Positions 38,687 to 50,589 of a stretch of 64,000 nucleotides of DNA are shown here, piece after piece; the first letter of the stretch is position 1; every line of letters starts with the position of its first letter. A program made the position numbers and the translations under genes. Below the pieces are notes generated by a model, which did no database searches, was not told the DNA's origin, and saw nothing but the letters and a program-made list of their open reading frames with translations. Location: NCBI GenBank assembly GCA_010093815.1, contig ML996581.1; one strand, 5' to 3'. Source of the stretch: Pseudovirgaria hyperparasitica (lineage: Eukaryota).

Positions 38687-39819
38687 TCAAGTGTTTAGGT
38701 CCCTCTTCGCACTCTCCATCATAATGATGAACGCCTGGCCCTCCGGGCTCCCAGATGTGAATCTGGTAAAGTCGCCCCAAGCCAACGGATTGACTGCCGG
38801 GCTCGCGATGCCATCTTTCCCGATGTGCTGCCACACGACACGGCGCCTCTTGTCCGCCCACTTTACACAGTCGCCACCAAACATCTCGGGCTCCAGCTTC
38901 GCCATTCGATAAATTGCCGCCGCAATCAACGAGGTCCCCGAGATCTCTCCCCACCACTGGTCCTGCTGAATATAATTCCGGACGAGACCTGCGCCTTGCT
39001 CGTCGTCCGCAAGCGGCGCACTACGCACGCCATCAATGATACCCTTCATCAACACCCTGAGATCCTTCATCTCGGCCCCCAGTTTCCCTGCAAACGGCCC
39101 GTTCTTGATCGTCGCATACACACGCGCCATGCCGGCCAGCGCCCACGCATTTCCCGTGCTCCACAGCCCCGTGTCGTCAGGCGTCTCCTGGTCGTACGGC
39201 TTGCCGAGGATATGCTGCCACAAGCCCCTTTCGGGCGCCAGCTTGGCGGCATACTTGACGGGCTGGCGGGCGGCGAAGCGCAGGGCGTTGAGGTCGTGTT
39301 TGCCGACGGCGTAGTAGGCGAGGAACGGCGGCACCATGTATTCGCTGTCGGCCCAGAGCTCGGTGGTGGATTCGCGGTGCGAGATGGCGCCGTCCCAGGT
39401 CTTGCCGGCGAGTGTGTGGTCGTTTTGGCGCTGGGCGGCGGAGGCGTAGGCGGCGTCGTGGACGGCTAGGAGGACGGCGGATACGCCTAGGGAGTTGGGG
39501 TCGCCGAGAGAGCCTTGAGGGTTTGTTAGTATGGTATATTGCTTGGGCCGTGATGTGGAGAGGGTATACCGTCAGGAGTCAGGGTGTCAGCGTCGAGCTC
39601 GATGGTGTGTTTGGCATACGCGAGACCCTTGACATCGTCGGCGGTGAAGTCTGTGGGTAGCTTGCCGTTGGGGAAGGCATTTGCACTGAACACGGAGAGC
39701 TCTGGGTTGTAGTATTCAAGAAGGGCTTCCGCGAGCGTTCCATTCTCCCAGGAATATGTTGCGAGGCGTGTGGCTTGTGATATCACAGCCGTGATTAGGG
39801 CGGTGTCGAGAGCGACCAT
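38687..39819 (-). CDS. Glycoside hydrolase family 105 (YteR-like unsaturated rhamnogalacturonyl hydrolase; Glyco_hydro_88 fold)
   Basis: Intron 39514-39569. Motifs: SWENGTLAEALLE, GSLGDPNSLG, GAISHR..ELWADSEYMVPPFLA, GLWQHI, WSTGNAWALAG, GSPEGQAF. Confidence 0.85.
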
Positions 39820-41101
39820 TGCAGACAGAGGAGCAAAGCTAGTGCGGAAATCTTGGAGAAGGGATCTTGCATGATGTTAGTCCCAAGTAGCCGGTGGATG
39901 GCTATATAGTCATATCATAGTGATACAAAAAAGCCTGGAAACATCGATCATGCCTGATCAGCACACTTTACGCCCGCCCGGTACGACGTTCGGCAAACAA
40001 ATTTTGAATTAGGAAGACGCCTTTTGGAACGAATTGGCAACGGATATGACCACGGAAGTAGACATTAGTCGAACTGCCCGTCTATTTTAGAGTTTCCAAG
40101 CTTCTTTGGAATGCTTACGGATGTCTTGGGTCGTTTCGAACGGGGTAGTCCATGACTCGCCACTCGCACTTGGTTTAGTTTATTTGTGTGATGTGAGAAG
40201 CCCCCCTATTATAGATGTAAGCACCTTATCTAAGTAGTGTCACCCCATCTTGTTTGTGTCATGGCAGCACACGATGTGTGTCCGCCAATATAGTGCGACC
40301 TCAGATCGCAGCAGAACGTTTAATTAACCTACGTCATGTCAGGACAACGATGCTCAACACCAGGCATGGCGCGGAGAAACATCCCAGAGCTCCAACAGCT
40401 CTCAAGGCTCATGACTTTCTAATTGGCTGGACGAAACAATCGAATGACAAATAAGATAGGCTGCGTGTAGATTCCGGGGCGTAAGGCTAGATAGTCTGTC
40501 TGACAGGCGACTCGCCACTAAAAGCCTAAAACGGATATCCGAGCCCTGAGACGCCTGGGTGTTTCGAACTATTTTTGCAAGCGAAGATAAGTGCAGTATA
40601 AGGATAGCTTAGTCACTGTGGGGATGTAACATGTTTCTGGAGGATCGTCGAAGAAACACAACATTCGATGTTCTCCACCCGAAGGATGCATCAACAGTAT
40701 CATCTCAGATGTACGGAGTAGCGGTACGTGGAGACGTCGACGATTTCCGGATCGGGAAAGGTGGTAAATATCACGGAGCGCGCTAACGCTTGATTGGGTG
40801 GTGGCTTGGCATCAATCTTCTGCTTCCGAAGTACTCACTGCACGCCATACACCCAATAATACACTTCCATCTGCGCATCATCATCAGTAATTGCCATCTC
40901 GGCCCTCAATCACTGTCCTATAGTTTCTCTGTCTAGCTGACCACGCTGGAGCTCTACCTCCAGAAGGAAGTAAGAGATATCGACCGCGTCAAGCGCTTGC
41001 AGCTCCGGTCCTTCAAGCTGACCTCCGGGGGTCTTTTCTGTCCTGTCTTACTCTACAAAGGCTGTCAGTAGCTTCATGCGTCAGGTTGTTTGCTAGTAAA
41101 C

Positions 41102-42674
41102 ATGTCGCTTGGGCCCGGTGTGTGGCGTCCGGCCATACGACGAGGATGCAAACCTTGCTCTTCTATCAGACTTATAATCGTTGCCCGGCGAGGTTATGCA
41201 TCCACCACGGAATCAATACCGGAGATATACGATGTAGTATGTGTTGGTGGAGGACCAGCTGGTCTGAGTCTATTGTCTGGTCTACGTAGGTCTATCAGAG
41301 AAGAAGTCACGTGCTCAATGCTCATGTACTTCCAGGCGCGACAAAGGCAACTTCTGGACTTCGGATAGCCTTGATAGAGTCCCAAGACCTTCAGAAGTCT
41401 GTGTTCAAGAGGGATTCGCAAAATGAGTTTTCGAACCGATGTAGCTCACTTACCCCGGCGTCTGTCTCATACTTCAAAAGTAGTCCATTCATGACCGGCA
41501 GTGCTAATTATATACTGACTACATACTAGAAATCGGAGCATGGGCACATTTCGACACGTCTCGCATTCAACCTTACCAAGAAATGCAAGTATGGGACGGT
41601 ATCAGCGATTCTCGCATCTCGTTTGACTGGGGAAACCTTCAACGCTCTCCAAACCCACACTCCACAATCGCCTACATGACCGAAAACCTCAACATCACAA
41701 ATGCCCTCAGATCACACCTCTCCTCCCTCGGCGGCATCGACATCTTCTCCCCGGCCAAAGTCGACGCCATCAACTTCGGTCCTGAGACAGAGGACACAGA
41801 TCTCAGCGCCTGGCCCACCGTCACCCTCAGCACAGGCCAAACCATCGCAGCCCGCCTCCTTGTCGGCGCCGACGGTGCAAACTCTCCCGTACGTACCTTC
41901 GCCGGTATCGAAAGCCGCGGCTGGGACTACGGCCGCCACGGTGTCGTCGCCACGCTCCGTCTCCAAGGCCCGGGTTGGGGCGGCAACACTCACAAAATCG
42001 CATACCAGCGCTTCCTCCCCACAGGGCCCATCGCCATGCTCCCTCTCCCAGGCAACATGGCAAGCCTCGTATGGAGCACGACGCCCGAGCGCGCGTCACG
42101 GCTCAAGTCCCTGTCTCCCACCGACTTTGTCGCCATGGTCAACGCCGCGTTCAGACTCTCGGCCGTCGATCTGTCGTGGTTGCACGACCTACCATCAGGA
42201 CAGGACGCCGAGGTACAGTGGCGCGAAGCGAACACGCCCGTCAAAGAACGTGCTATTCCCATGCGCGTCACATCCGTGCAAGAGGGCACCGTGGCAAGTT
42301 TCCCGCTCAAGATGCGCCACGCTGACACGTACACGGGCGAGCGCGTCGCGCTGGTCGGCGATGCCGCCCACACGATCCATCCGCTTGCCGGGCAGGGCTT
42401 GAATCAGGGCCAGGCGGATGTCGCGGCGCTGTTGGATACGATTGAGACGGCGGTCGTGCATGGGCAGGATATTGGGTCGACGATCTCGCTTGAGGCGTAT
42501 AATGCGGCGAGGTATGCGGAGAACAACGCGTTGCTGGGCGTGGTGGATAAGTTGCATATGCTGTATAGTGTGGAGTCGGGTCCGATTGTCGGTCTGAGGA
42601 GTTTGGGCTTGAGTGCGGTTAATGCGATGGGGCCTGTGAAGGAGTTCTTCATGAGGAGGGCGGCGGGCGCGTGA
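41102..42674 (+). CDS. COQ6: Ubiquinone biosynthesis FAD monooxygenase Coq6, mitochondrial
   Basis: Arg-rich presequence, YDVVCVGGGPAGL, introns 41286-41335 and 41480-41529, SNRCSSLTP, LLVGADGANSPVR, AYQRFLPTGPIAMLP, GDAAHTIHPLAGQGLNQG. Confidence 0.95.
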
Positions 42675-42753
42675 GAGTTGGATTGTAGGGCATATGTATT
42701 ATAATCTCTGGGAGGTCGATGTATCGAATAGAGACACATAATGCTGGACGCAG

Positions 42754-44908
42754 CTACTTGACTTCAAACTTTCCCTCCTCGACCGCACTCTTGATAATCC
42801 CATCTCCACTCACGATCCCCGTCGTACAAATCACTAACCGCCTCCCTTTCCCTTCTTCTCTCAACTTCTTGCCCACGAACCGCAACGCCGCAATCTCCGC
42901 CCGACATATACCACCCAGGTAGAACACAACAACAGTCTTTCCCTCTGCGCCCGCACTCCCATTCAGAATCTGACGCGCCCGCACCGCCTTCTCCTCGCCG
43001 CGCTGCACCTCGTCAAATGCCACGCCACGCACCTGCTTCACCGCATCCTCAAATGGCTTCCACCCAGTCGACAAACCCAGCGTACTGGCGCTGACCCCTC
43101 TCTTCTCCGCCAGACCAGCGACGACGCTTTTCTGGAGTATGCACTGCACGAGACGCACGCTGAGGGGCGCGTAGCCGCTGTACACATATGCTACATCCTC
43201 GGGGGTGGACTCGTTGACTTCGTCGACGATGAGCTTGAGGTGCTTGCGCGCCGTGTTGAAGTTTGTCGTACTGCCTGGTTTCGCCGACGCGCCGCCGCCC
43301 AGGGGCCCGCCGCGGACGGTGAGCAGGCCGATTTTCTCGAGCGCGGAGAGGGTGAGGATGTGTTGCGGACCGTAGGCGTGGATGATGTCGCGCTTGAAGG
43401 CGTCGAGTTCCTTTGCCTTGATGCCTGCGCTCATGACTGATTCGAGACACAGGAGCCGGAGCACGGTGGGTAAGGGAAGGGCACGGGCGATGAGTTCTTC
43501 GATGGTCTCGTGCTGCGAGCTGGGGTCTGCGCCGGCGGCGATGTTTTGCTGGACCTCGAGGGAGCGGGAGAATTGCTCGGCCATGGTGTACTTCTTGACT
43601 TCTTCGGCGAGCGAGGTGTGCAGTTTGAGGCTGCCTTGTTCGGACTGGAAGCCGGGCAGCTTTGCTACGAAGTCCTTGAGCTCGGAGATGCCTTTGTTGG
43701 CAATTTGCTTGGAGTCGTAGGAGGCTTGCAGACGTCGGGCAACGGTGTTGAGGATTGGGCCTACGGTGGCGAAATTTGCGTCCACGAGCGTGCTGTAGAG
43801 GGGGTCTTTCTGGTCGAGTTGAATCTTGCGCTTCAGACCTTGTGGAGCAGCAGCCGATTGACTGCCTTGTTGCTGCTGGGAGCCGGGGGCGGGCCCTATG
43901 ATAGAGGTGTCTATTTCGGTCTGGTTGGATTGGATGGTGAAGACCTCGTCTAGGAGGCCTTCGTATGTAAGTTGGGTCATGAGAGGTGTGGCAAAGTCAG
44001 ATTCACGGTCGATTATGATCAGGCTCTCTATCGAAGAACTGGGAGTTAAACCTAAGAACGAGTTTCCAACATCGGCATTGTCTTCACCGGCAGATAATTC
44101 CTGGCGCATGCGGAGAAGAAGGTCTGCGAGCCGTTTGGCATTGTCTCCTTTGCCTGTGATTCGAGGAAAGAGGCCATGTTGCTGTTGCAGAAGCATCAGT
44201 GCTTTTGCTGACAGAAAGACAGACTTTGGGTCTTTCCGGAGATACAGATCACCAAATGCGTCTTCCAGCTCTAATGAAAGCACGTCGTCTGCAAGCGGCA
44301 TGAAATGGAGCGGATATTCGAAGATGCTCGTCTCTCCCAGGACACCCTCGGCCTCAAGTAATTGATCGGAGACCAGGGTCCGCCTTGGTATCCAGAAAAT
44401 GAAGAACTCATGATCAGTCTGCGACTCTTGTCGCAGTTTCTTTATTTGAGCTGTGCTGGGTCAGATGAGTGTCTCGTCTATCAAGATACGAAAGGGTGAC
44501 AAAGCCAGATTTCATGCTGTTACAGTTGAGAGGATTTTGAGGCTCCGAGACATAGGCCATAAAAGATGCATACCTGCGATTTCTAGCACGATTTTAGAGT
44601 TCTCGCCCCGTGCAAGGAATACAACATTGCGCTGGGAAGAGTTCAAGTTGTGATTCTCCAAGAAGAATATCTTCTCAACGCCATATTCCTGCAACGTCGA
44701 GACTTTAACAAGCAGATTGATTGGGCCTGCAAGCGCTTTCTCTAGAACAAGGTTCTTCTTCCCTCGAACCTGCAGTAACGTGAGCTTAGGTGATTCGGAG
44801 TGTGGAATAGACGATGAGGAATAGTCTTACACCTTCGAGAAGCTGTAGCAACGATCGCCGAGCCTTTTCAGCTATGTCCGAGCTACCGATAGCCGCATGA
44901 GGTGCCAT
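42754..44908 (-). CDS. VPS33: Sec1/Munc18-family protein Vps33 (HOPS/CORVET core)
   Basis: ATG 44908, introns 44770-44830 and 44451-44573. Motifs: LLEGVRGKKNLV, LQEYGV, IFWIPRRTL, IIIDRESDFATPLMTQLTYEGLLDE, YVYSGYAPLSVRLVQ, VVFYLGGICRAEIAALRF. Confidence 0.95.
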
Positions 44909-45168
44909 ATGTTGTTAATATGTGACACAGGCATCAGCGGATGAGGTTGTAGTTGCAAGTTGATGTTATTCATCCGATAGGTTGATGTTTACTAACTCCG
45001 GCGCCCGTAGCGTGGTCGGATTATGGCGTACCGAAAGTCCCAAAAGGGTGCAAAACTCACACTGCTTGACGCCTGACGTCGTCAGGCATAATTCGTGTTC
45101 GTCATTCATCGCTGGAAGCTTTCAAAACATTGTGACTCACCAGCTTCACCCCAAAGCCGCATATTTGT

Positions 45169-47038
45169 ATGCGCGTCCTCTCTCTCTCTCGCGCCCGACT
45201 CTTCCAGTCAGGGCCAACAAGCTACCTGCGCTCCACATCATTCTGCTGGCACCTACCCCACTACCGCCGGCCGTACTCCACAAACAACGAGAGATCACAC
45301 AAAACTACCGTGAGCGGCGATAACGGTGAAGACATCATGGGCAAGAAAGAGGCAAAGCAGAGCTTCGTGCTCAAGACCCCCAAGGGCACCAAAGACTGTA
45401 TGTCCTCTATCGCATGCGTATTCGCGTGACAATTCGGCTGATTTGCACAGGGGAGGGCCTGGATATGGTCATTCGCGACAAAATATTTTCCACGATAACT
45501 CAAGTATTCAAGCGTCACGGAGCTGTGACAATTGACACGTACGTGTGACTCATTTGGTGTTCTGAAGGCTCATAATAACACCATGCTAGTCCTGTCTTCG
45601 AACTCAAGGACATCCTCGCTGGCAAATATGGCGAGGATAGCAAACTCATTTACGACCTCGCAGATCAAGGTGGTGAAATCTGCTCACTACGCTACGACCT
45701 CACCGTTCCGTTCGCACGATGGCTCGCGCAGAACTCGTCTGTACAAAGCATTAAGCGCTACCACATCGCCAAGGTCTACAGAAGAGATCAACCTGCCATG
45801 AGCAAGGGCCGTATGCGAGAGTTTTACCAGTGCGATTTCGATATCGCCGGAGTCTACGACCCTATGATTCCCGACGCCGAAATCCTCCGAATCACAAGCG
45901 AGATCTTCGAGGCTCTGGGATGGGGAGGGAATTACACAATCAAGATAAACCACCGCAAGATTTTGGATGGTATATTCCAGGTCTGTGGAGTACCACAAGA
46001 TAAGATCCGAATGATCAGTAGTGCTGTAGACAAGCTGGACAAGGTGAGAGAAACTGGTCTCTGAAAGTGGCAAGACACTGACCTTGACAGTCTCCTTGGG
46101 ATGTGGTCCGAAAAGAAATGACAGAGGAAAAGGGCCTAGACGGCGAGATAGCAGACAAAATCGGCGAATACGTTAAGCTGAAGGGGACCCGCGACGTCCT
46201 GGACAAGCTCAACAGCATAGAGGCTCTCCAGGCCAATGAATCGGCAAAGCAAGGGTTGGCCGACATGACCCTGTTATTCTCCTACCTAGAAACATTTGGT
46301 GTGTTGGATAACATATCACTGGACATGAGCTTGGCGCGTGGCCTGGATTACTACACAGGTGTGATCTACGAAGTCGTCACCGAGGGCTCTGCGCCACCTG
46401 CTGCTAGCAACGTAGAAGGCCAGAAGGTACAAGAGACTGGCAGAAAGGAGAAGAAGGAGAAGAAACCAGCGGAAGACGACGACGATCGATCGAACGATCC
46501 TACCATTGGCGTAGGAAGTGTGGCAGCCGGTGGACGCTATGACGAACTCGTTGGCATGTTCAGTGGTAAAGGTCAAATACCCTGTGTCGGTATCTCGTTT
46601 GGCGTAGATAGAATCTTCAGCATCACAAAAGCGCGTATGGAGAGCGAGAAAGCTCAGCAGCTACGGAGGACGGAGGTCGATGCGTATGTCATGGCTTTTG
46701 GCGGAAAGGGGTTCACTGGCCTCCTACCTGAGCGTATGGAGGTCGCTAAATCGCTTTGGGACGCCGATATCAAGGCCGAGTTTCTGTGGAAGGTCAAGCC
46801 TAAGCTACCCGCTCAGTTCAAAGCTGCCGAGCAGAGTGGTATCCCGTATGGCATCATTCTTGGTGAAGATGAGCTGAAGGCAGGGAAGGTCAGCATTAAA
46901 GAGATGGGTCTGCCCGAAGGTCACCCGGAAAAGAATGGTGTGCTTGTGGACAAGGCCAACCTGATCCCTGAGATGAAGCAGCGACTGAAGCAGTATGAGG
47001 AGAAGCTGGCGTCACAACTATCCGGAGTCAGCATATAG
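45169..47038 (+). CDS. HTS1: Histidyl-tRNA synthetase, probably with mitochondrial (ATG 45169) and cytosolic (ATG 45337) isoforms
   Basis: Introns 45398-45450, 45539-45589 and 46044-46090. Motifs: [61 protein letters not shown]. Confidence 0.96.
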
Positions 47039-47187
47039 GAGCACCTAGGTATACAAAAAGTGCAAGCGATTCTGACAACTCGATGTATTTACATAGATGG
47101 TTTCATACAAAATACCCGATTACAATTCAATTCATCTAGAGGCGTCGTCCTGCCATCTCCGTCTCTTACATCCAACTACTACTACTA

Positions 47188-48189
47188 CTATGACACAGGC
47201 CTATCAACCCGCGTGATCCTCTCCGCAACATTCAGCCACGCCTCATACTCGACCTCCTCCCCCTCCACATCCCCATGGTAATGACCCCCCTCGCCATGCT
47301 CCGAAAAGCAATGCGTATGCTCCATCCTCAAGCCCAACCCAGCAGCATCAACACTATGCAACGTCACCAGCCCAACCAACGGCGGCCCCATCTCAAAAAA
47401 CCTCAACCACCCCTCCACCGCCCCTCGATCCTCCAGCGCCGTCTCGCTGAAATCCGGCATCACATGCACCCTCACCCGCCCCCCTTTCACAAGCATCACC
47501 CCGCCCAGCGATACCTGCTGCCCGGCCCCGAAACGTCGGGCTAGTCCTTGCCGGACACATTCTGTGAAACTCGCCGTTGTGCCGTGTCGTGTGCCGCTTG
47601 CGCTGATGTGTAGTACTTCGCCGGTCGTGCCCTCGCTGCCGTATAGATTTGCCATTAGTCCGCAGGTGTGTGTGTCTAGTGGGCCGCATATACATGCGCC
47701 ATCGGGTCCGACGCGCGCATACCGTGTGCGGTTTACAACGACCTTTTCGCCGTTTCCCGTGCCTTGCCCTTCCCCTTTTCCTTTCCAATCGGCGTCCGGC
47801 GTGGTGGTCGTGGTGGTATACCACGCCATATTCGGCATAAGCTCACTATTCACCCCCAGCTCCCCAAACGGCCCAGCAGCAGCGCCCAGAATCAGGCCTT
47901 GCGAGTCAGGCAAGCCCATAAGCGCAGCCATTTGAGGTAGAGAGTAAATCTTGACGCGATTCGGGAGCGGCGCGAGGTGGGCCTGGCCGCCTATGTCGGC
48001 GATGCAGGGCGAGCCGCTGAGGCCGGCGGCGGCGAGGGAGTAAGGGGGCAGGCGGAGGTCTGGGGGCGAGGCGATGGAGATGTGGTGGGTGGTGTAGTTT
48101 TGTGCGAGGGCTTGGCTGATAGGGTGGAGGAGGGTGGGGAGTGGGGTTTTGGGGAGGGGGTGCTGGGTTGTTGGGTATGAGGTGGACAT
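47188..48189 (-). CDS. DUF1907 / C11orf54 (PTD012)-like zinc ester hydrolase
   Basis: PPDLRLPPYSLAAAGLSG..IADIGG, GAAAGPF..GVNSELMPN, HVMPDF, and the zinc-ligand motif EHTHCFS..GGHYH. Confidence 0.88.
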   Translation of the reverse strand: MSTSYPTTQHPLPKTPLPTLLHPISQALAQNYTTHHISIASPPDLRLPPYSLAAAGLSGSPCIADIGGQAHLAPLPNRVKIYSLPQMAALMGLPDSQGLILGAAAGPFGELGVNSELMPNMAWYTTTTTTPDADWKGKGEGQGTGNGEKVVVNRTRYARVGPDGACICGPLDTHTCGLMANLYGSEGTTGEVLHISASGTRHGTTASFTECVRQGLARRFGAGQQVSLGGVMLVKGGRVRVHVMPDFSETALEDRGAVEGWLRFFEMGPPLVGLVTLHSVDAAGLGLRMEHTHCFSEHGEGGHYHGDVEGEEVEYEAWLNVAERITRVDRPVS

Positions 48190-48517
48190 TGCGAGGGTTT
48201 GTGTATGTGTGTGTTGGGGGGTCCTGGTGTGGTGTTTTGGTGTGATCAGGAGGGAGGGAAGGATATGTGGAATTGAGGGAGGTGGGAGAACACTCATGGC
48301 GAGCGCTGTGTAGGGATGGATGTATGACGTGAGTAGCGGGGTAGCTTCTTTCTTTTTGGTCGATTACTGTAGATGTGATTGATGGTGATTTACTCGACTC
48401 GGTCCTCGTGGTATCAATTATTTAGTAAGCGTTACGAGTGAAGTAAGAGTCGAGAATTTGATCTTTCGTGTAGAGCTGAGATCTTGTTGTTGTTGTTGTT
48501 GTTCAGACTGATATGAG

Positions 48518-49973
48518 TCATGGGTTTCCTCCTCCTTGCTGCTCTTCTTCCTCTTCCTCTTCCTCCTCTGTATAGTAAGAGAATGGCCCAACAGGACCGT
48601 TCTCCTCGTGGTCACAGCCACTCCAGATGCCAAAAATTGGGCCTGTTCTGATGCCACCAGGCTGGACGCCTTCGAGCTGCCATTGATCCAGGCCAGAATA
48701 GCTATGCTCTTTGTTACTAAATGTCACTCTGGCGTGCTACAGGAAGTGCTTACCGAATGATGAACCTCCATCGTACCTCTTTTCCTCCAGGCACCAGTGA
48801 TACACACCCTCGTATGCCAGCACCATGTGTATGCATCAGCCCCTGACTTTGGGATGATCCCGAAAAGTATATTGTGGGGAGATCTTCACAAACAGGTAGC
48901 CTCGTTTTCAGGGCCTGGTCGTCCTTTATGCGGTCGTCTCGATGGAGACAGAGCCGACTTAGAAGCCCAGAAGCCTCATCGAACTCGCCAAGCGAGATTG
49001 AGACACCTCGGGCACGCTCAAAATTGAAGAGCGCAAGATCGGCATAGTCCAAGAAGGCGTACGTGCCCATCCAGACATCGCGTTCGTAGGATATGCCTGC
49101 CCAGTCGGTTTCTGGATCGCACGGGTACTTGGTAGCTGGCTTTTCGAACGGGCAGACTTGGAAATTATCCGCTTGCATGTGTACGGCCTGAGCCATCAAG
49201 CTGGAGACAGCCTCGACCACGTGCCAGTTCACGCTGCCGTCGGGATGGAAAGGGCCATAGTCACAGTCAGGGCTAAACTTGCTCCAATCATATACCAGCT
49301 CTCTCGCTGACGACTTGGCTCCTGGCCTTTCCTGTGTTCTCTCACTTTCGGTGATTCCATGATATATATGAATCTGGCTCGCACACTCAGGCACTCTACG
49401 TTTGCTTGTTCTAGACCGCGTCATCGGGCCCCCGGAATGATCCTCGAAGGGCAGTGCAGAATCCCGATCAATCGTGAAATCGTTGAGGAAAAAGCTTGCC
49501 TTTGGCACTTGAAATATGTCTTCCAGGAACTCCAGGTTCCTGTCATAGGGATGTGGGCAGTAATCATTGAAGTACTTGTGATTGTGCCGCCCCGTCTCTA
49601 GAATGTCGAGGAGGGCGTGCATAACGTCCTCAAAACGATCTCTCTTCAATTCTATCGTCACGTCGTCGTCAAGTATGATTCGTCTTGCTTCAAGTCGACG
49701 CTCCAGTTCGCCATACCAGTCCCATTCCTCCTCGCGCTGCTTATTATTGGCCCTTGCTGTAGGCGTCAATCCTTGCCAAGCCCTTTGCGGATTCTCAAAG
49801 ACGTTCAAGAATACCCTGCGCCACAGTGATTTGTTGCCTCGATCGAGGTGTCCTCGCGCCTGTTTACATGAGAGGCCAAAGTTTGAAATCTCCCCAGGCG
49901 ATAGGTACGTCAAAATCTCGTGTATTAGCTCTGCCGGAAGCTCCAGCACTGACGATCTGCCTGGTTCCGTCAT
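48518..49973 (-). CDS. F-box domain protein (fungal conserved hypothetical type)
   Basis: N-terminal LELPAELIHEILTYL F-box, YGPFHPDGSVNW, WMGTYAFLDY. Intron 48702-48753 joins VRWRFIIR to YSGLDQWQLEGVQPGG..GPVGPF. Confidence 0.8.
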
Positions 49974-50189
49974 CAAATTTTTGGAACAGGGATGGATGTC
50001 ACAGATCTTATCTCATTCAGAATTCCGGGATGTGCCTATTCATCAAATCCAAGAGGTGCCCCATGTGGATGAAGGTGTATGACGATGATTAATATTTACG
50101 GACGTTGATCCGAGTTGCACACTGGACCGAGCGTCCGGCCCGGACTTACCGGCTCTAATACACTTTACGGTCGGCACATGATATATGTT

Positions 50190-50575
50190 TAGGAGATGTG
50201 CAAATTATATAAGCTTCCATAAGATCATTAAAAATGATTAATAGAGTTAGATTATATAATATAGAGAGATAGATATATAAAATCTTTTTGATACTAGGCT
50301 ATTTTAGTAATATATTATATAAGGGTAGAAGTCTAAGCTTATTTTAGTACTAAATAATTACCTTTATTTTTATTATACTCTACTATCTCTTAATCTTATA
50401 TTTCTTGCAAAAACCTTCCCTAGCCTTTACTGTTACTTAGTAACAACCTATCGCGAAAAGACCACATAGCCCACTAAGTAAGAACTACGTCTAAGCGTTT
50501 AAGAAGCGTTACCTAGAGACTTCGTTAAGGAGGCTTAGAGCGCTAGTTTAGAATCGTTATAAGAAAAATCACTAC
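50190..50575. mobile_element. AT-rich RIP-mutated repeat relic
   Basis: Abrupt AT-rich tract with very frequent TpA (attatataatatagagagatagatatataa, tattatactctactatctcttaatcttata) and scarce CpA/TpG. No ORF. Confidence 0.65.
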
Positions 50576-50589
50576 GCAAAGACAGTTGC

